64,000 nucleotides of DNA from Planctomycetia bacterium. GTDB taxonomy: Bacteria; Planctomycetota; Planctomycetia; Pirellulales; UBA1268. The stretch's first letter is position 1. The number at the start of each line of letters is the position of its first letter. Below, piece after piece: positions 62,803-64,000 of the stretch. A program made the position numbers and the translations under genes. The notes beneath the pieces were generated by a model. It did not search any database. It was not told where the DNA came from and worked only from the letters and a program-made list of their open reading frames with translations. The DNA lies in NCBI GenBank assembly GCA_026401035.1, contig JAPLNR010000068.1, positions 17,391 through 81,390 of the forward strand, given 5' to 3'.

Positions 62803-64000
62803 ATGACCGGACGAGCCACGCGTTACGACGTTTTTGTCACCGTCGCCCTTTTTCTGTCCGCCCTTGTAGCCCAACGTTTCGAATGGTTCGCGCTGCTCGA
62901 GGATCAGACGCTCTCCTTCCGCCACCAGTTGCGGCTGGCCTTCGGCGACACCAAGAAACTGGCGCCGGCGTCGGAAGTGGTGCTGGTCAACACGGACGAG
63001 CCGTTCTTCGAGGCCTACAAGAGCTTCCCGCTCCGCCGCACCGACATCGGCGCGATCGTGACCAATCTGAAGGCGTTGGGGGCCAGGGTCATCGCCGTCG
63101 ACATGCTGATGGACTTTCCCAGTTCCTACGGCGAGGACCCGGCCCTGGCCCGGGCGCTCAGCGACGCCGGAAACACGCTGCTGGTGTCGCAGGCCGAGTT
63201 TCGCGCGGGTGAATTCGTGAAGATCAACCGCCCGACCACGCTCCTCGACGAGGCCGCCGACAGCGGCTATACGAATATCCAATCCAATTCCAACCTCATC
63301 ACGATACTTTCGCGTCTCAAAATTCACCCGGAACCGATCGGGGAACGAGGGGGCTGGCCCTTCGCGGTGAAGGCCGCCGCCCTGTTTTTGGGCGTCGAGC
63401 CAAAACTCGAGGGCACGACGCTGGTGCTGGGCGACCTGCGTGTGCCCCTGGACCACGAGCGCAGGCTCTCCATCGATTTTCCGCCACTCCCGACCGGAAC
63501 CCGCTTTCTCAGTCAGTCGGCGGGGCTGACGGCGCTTGAGTTTCTCGACATCTCGCAACTGGACGAGAACGAGCGGGCGGAACTCGAATTCTGGGTGAAG
63601 GACAAAATCGTCGTGATGGGCGACACGTCCGAGGTGTCCCACGACTGGTTCGACACGCCCGTGGGCATGGTCTACGGAGTCGAGATCATCGCCGACATCA
63701 TCGGCTCCATCCTCAAGGGAGCGCCGCTGCAAGTGGCTGGCATGGCCGTTGACGCGCTGCCGCCACTGACTCTGATGATCAGCATGGTGCTGCTCAGCTT
63801 GTTCCTGCCCCGGCCGCTGCTGCGTGGGCTGTGCGTGGCAGCGCTGGGCAGCGGCTTCATCCTGCTTGCCAGTTGGCTGTACGTGAATGACGGCCTGGTG
63901 CTGTCGATGTCGTATGGCCTGCTGGCACTGGGGCTCAGCTATCTGGTGGTGGAATTTCGCCAATACCTGATCGAGCGCAGCCAGAAGCAGCAGATTGCCA
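62803..64000 (+). CDS. CHASE2 domain sensor protein (C-terminus beyond window)
   Basis: Hand translation from the ATG at 62803 stays open to the window end. MTGRATRYDVFVTVALFLSAL is a TM segment. ...VNTDEPFF...VIAVDMLMDFP...VYGVEIIADIIGSIL and subsequent TM helices give the CHASE2 layout. It is absent from the ORF track because it is edge-truncated. Confidence 0.75.
   Translation, partial: MTGRATRYDVFVTVALFLSALVAQRFEWFALLEDQTLSFRHQLRLAFGDTKKLAPASEVVLVNTDEPFFEAYKSFPLRRTDIGAIVTNLKALGARVIAVDMLMDFPSSYGEDPALARALSDAGNTLLVSQAEFRAGEFVKINRPTTLLDEAADSGYTNIQSNSNLITILSRLKIHPEPIGERGGWPFAVKAAALFLGVEPKLEGTTLVLGDLRVPLDHERRLSIDFPPLPTGTRFLSQSAGLTALEFLDISQLDENERAELEFWVKDKIVVMGDTSEVSHDWFDTPVGMVYGVEIIADIIGSILKGAPLQVAGMAVDALPPLTLMISMVLLSLFLPRPLLRGLCVAALGSGFILLASWLYVNDGLVLSMSYGLLALGLSYLVVEFRQYLIERSQKQQIA

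Overview
This is a 64-kb, high-GC bacterial chromosomal segment. Hand counts of 60-nt lines give about 65-75% GC, with two patches at about 48-58%. The gene content points to Planctomycetota/PVC: a PSCyt-DUF1549-LamG-DUF1553 protein paired with a Tat-signal DUF1501 protein, a 1472-aa PVC-type heme-binding protein, a sulfatase, and two groEL copies. I can support about 49 tightly packed protein-coding genes, mostly housekeeping. They include a chaperone supercluster (groEL-groES-groEL-dnaJ-grpE-fmdB-yacG), hom/apgM-like/lysC/HIT, valS, cimA, ftsK, truB, hemL, cls, methionine-salvage mtnB-mtnD-mtnC, glgE-mak, an ABC-F ATPase and several signalling proteins. I found no rRNA, tRNA or CRISPR array. 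I do not see a convincing new multi-gene system: there is no defence island and no biosynthetic cluster. What ordinary annotation does not explain is small-scale. (1) A REP-like family (GTAG head plus GACAGGC-TTCA-GCCTGTC hairpin, at least 9 copies) sits on gene 3' ends and supplies the TAG stop codon of five genes. (2) Two decayed copies of one IS4-type transposase, each enclosed by inverted REPs, bracket 9.2 kb. (3) A perfect 22-bp inverted repeat encloses the start of the DUF1501 gene and contains the stop codon of the upstream gene. (4) A low-GC 1.7-kb insertion carrying a GT2 glycosyltransferase is flanked by a duplicated kinase 5' end. (5) mtnC carries an in-frame TAG. (6) Tandem 18-bp repeats lie over the promoter of a WYL regulator. 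All functional calls rest on motif recognition by eye; no database search or folding computation was possible.
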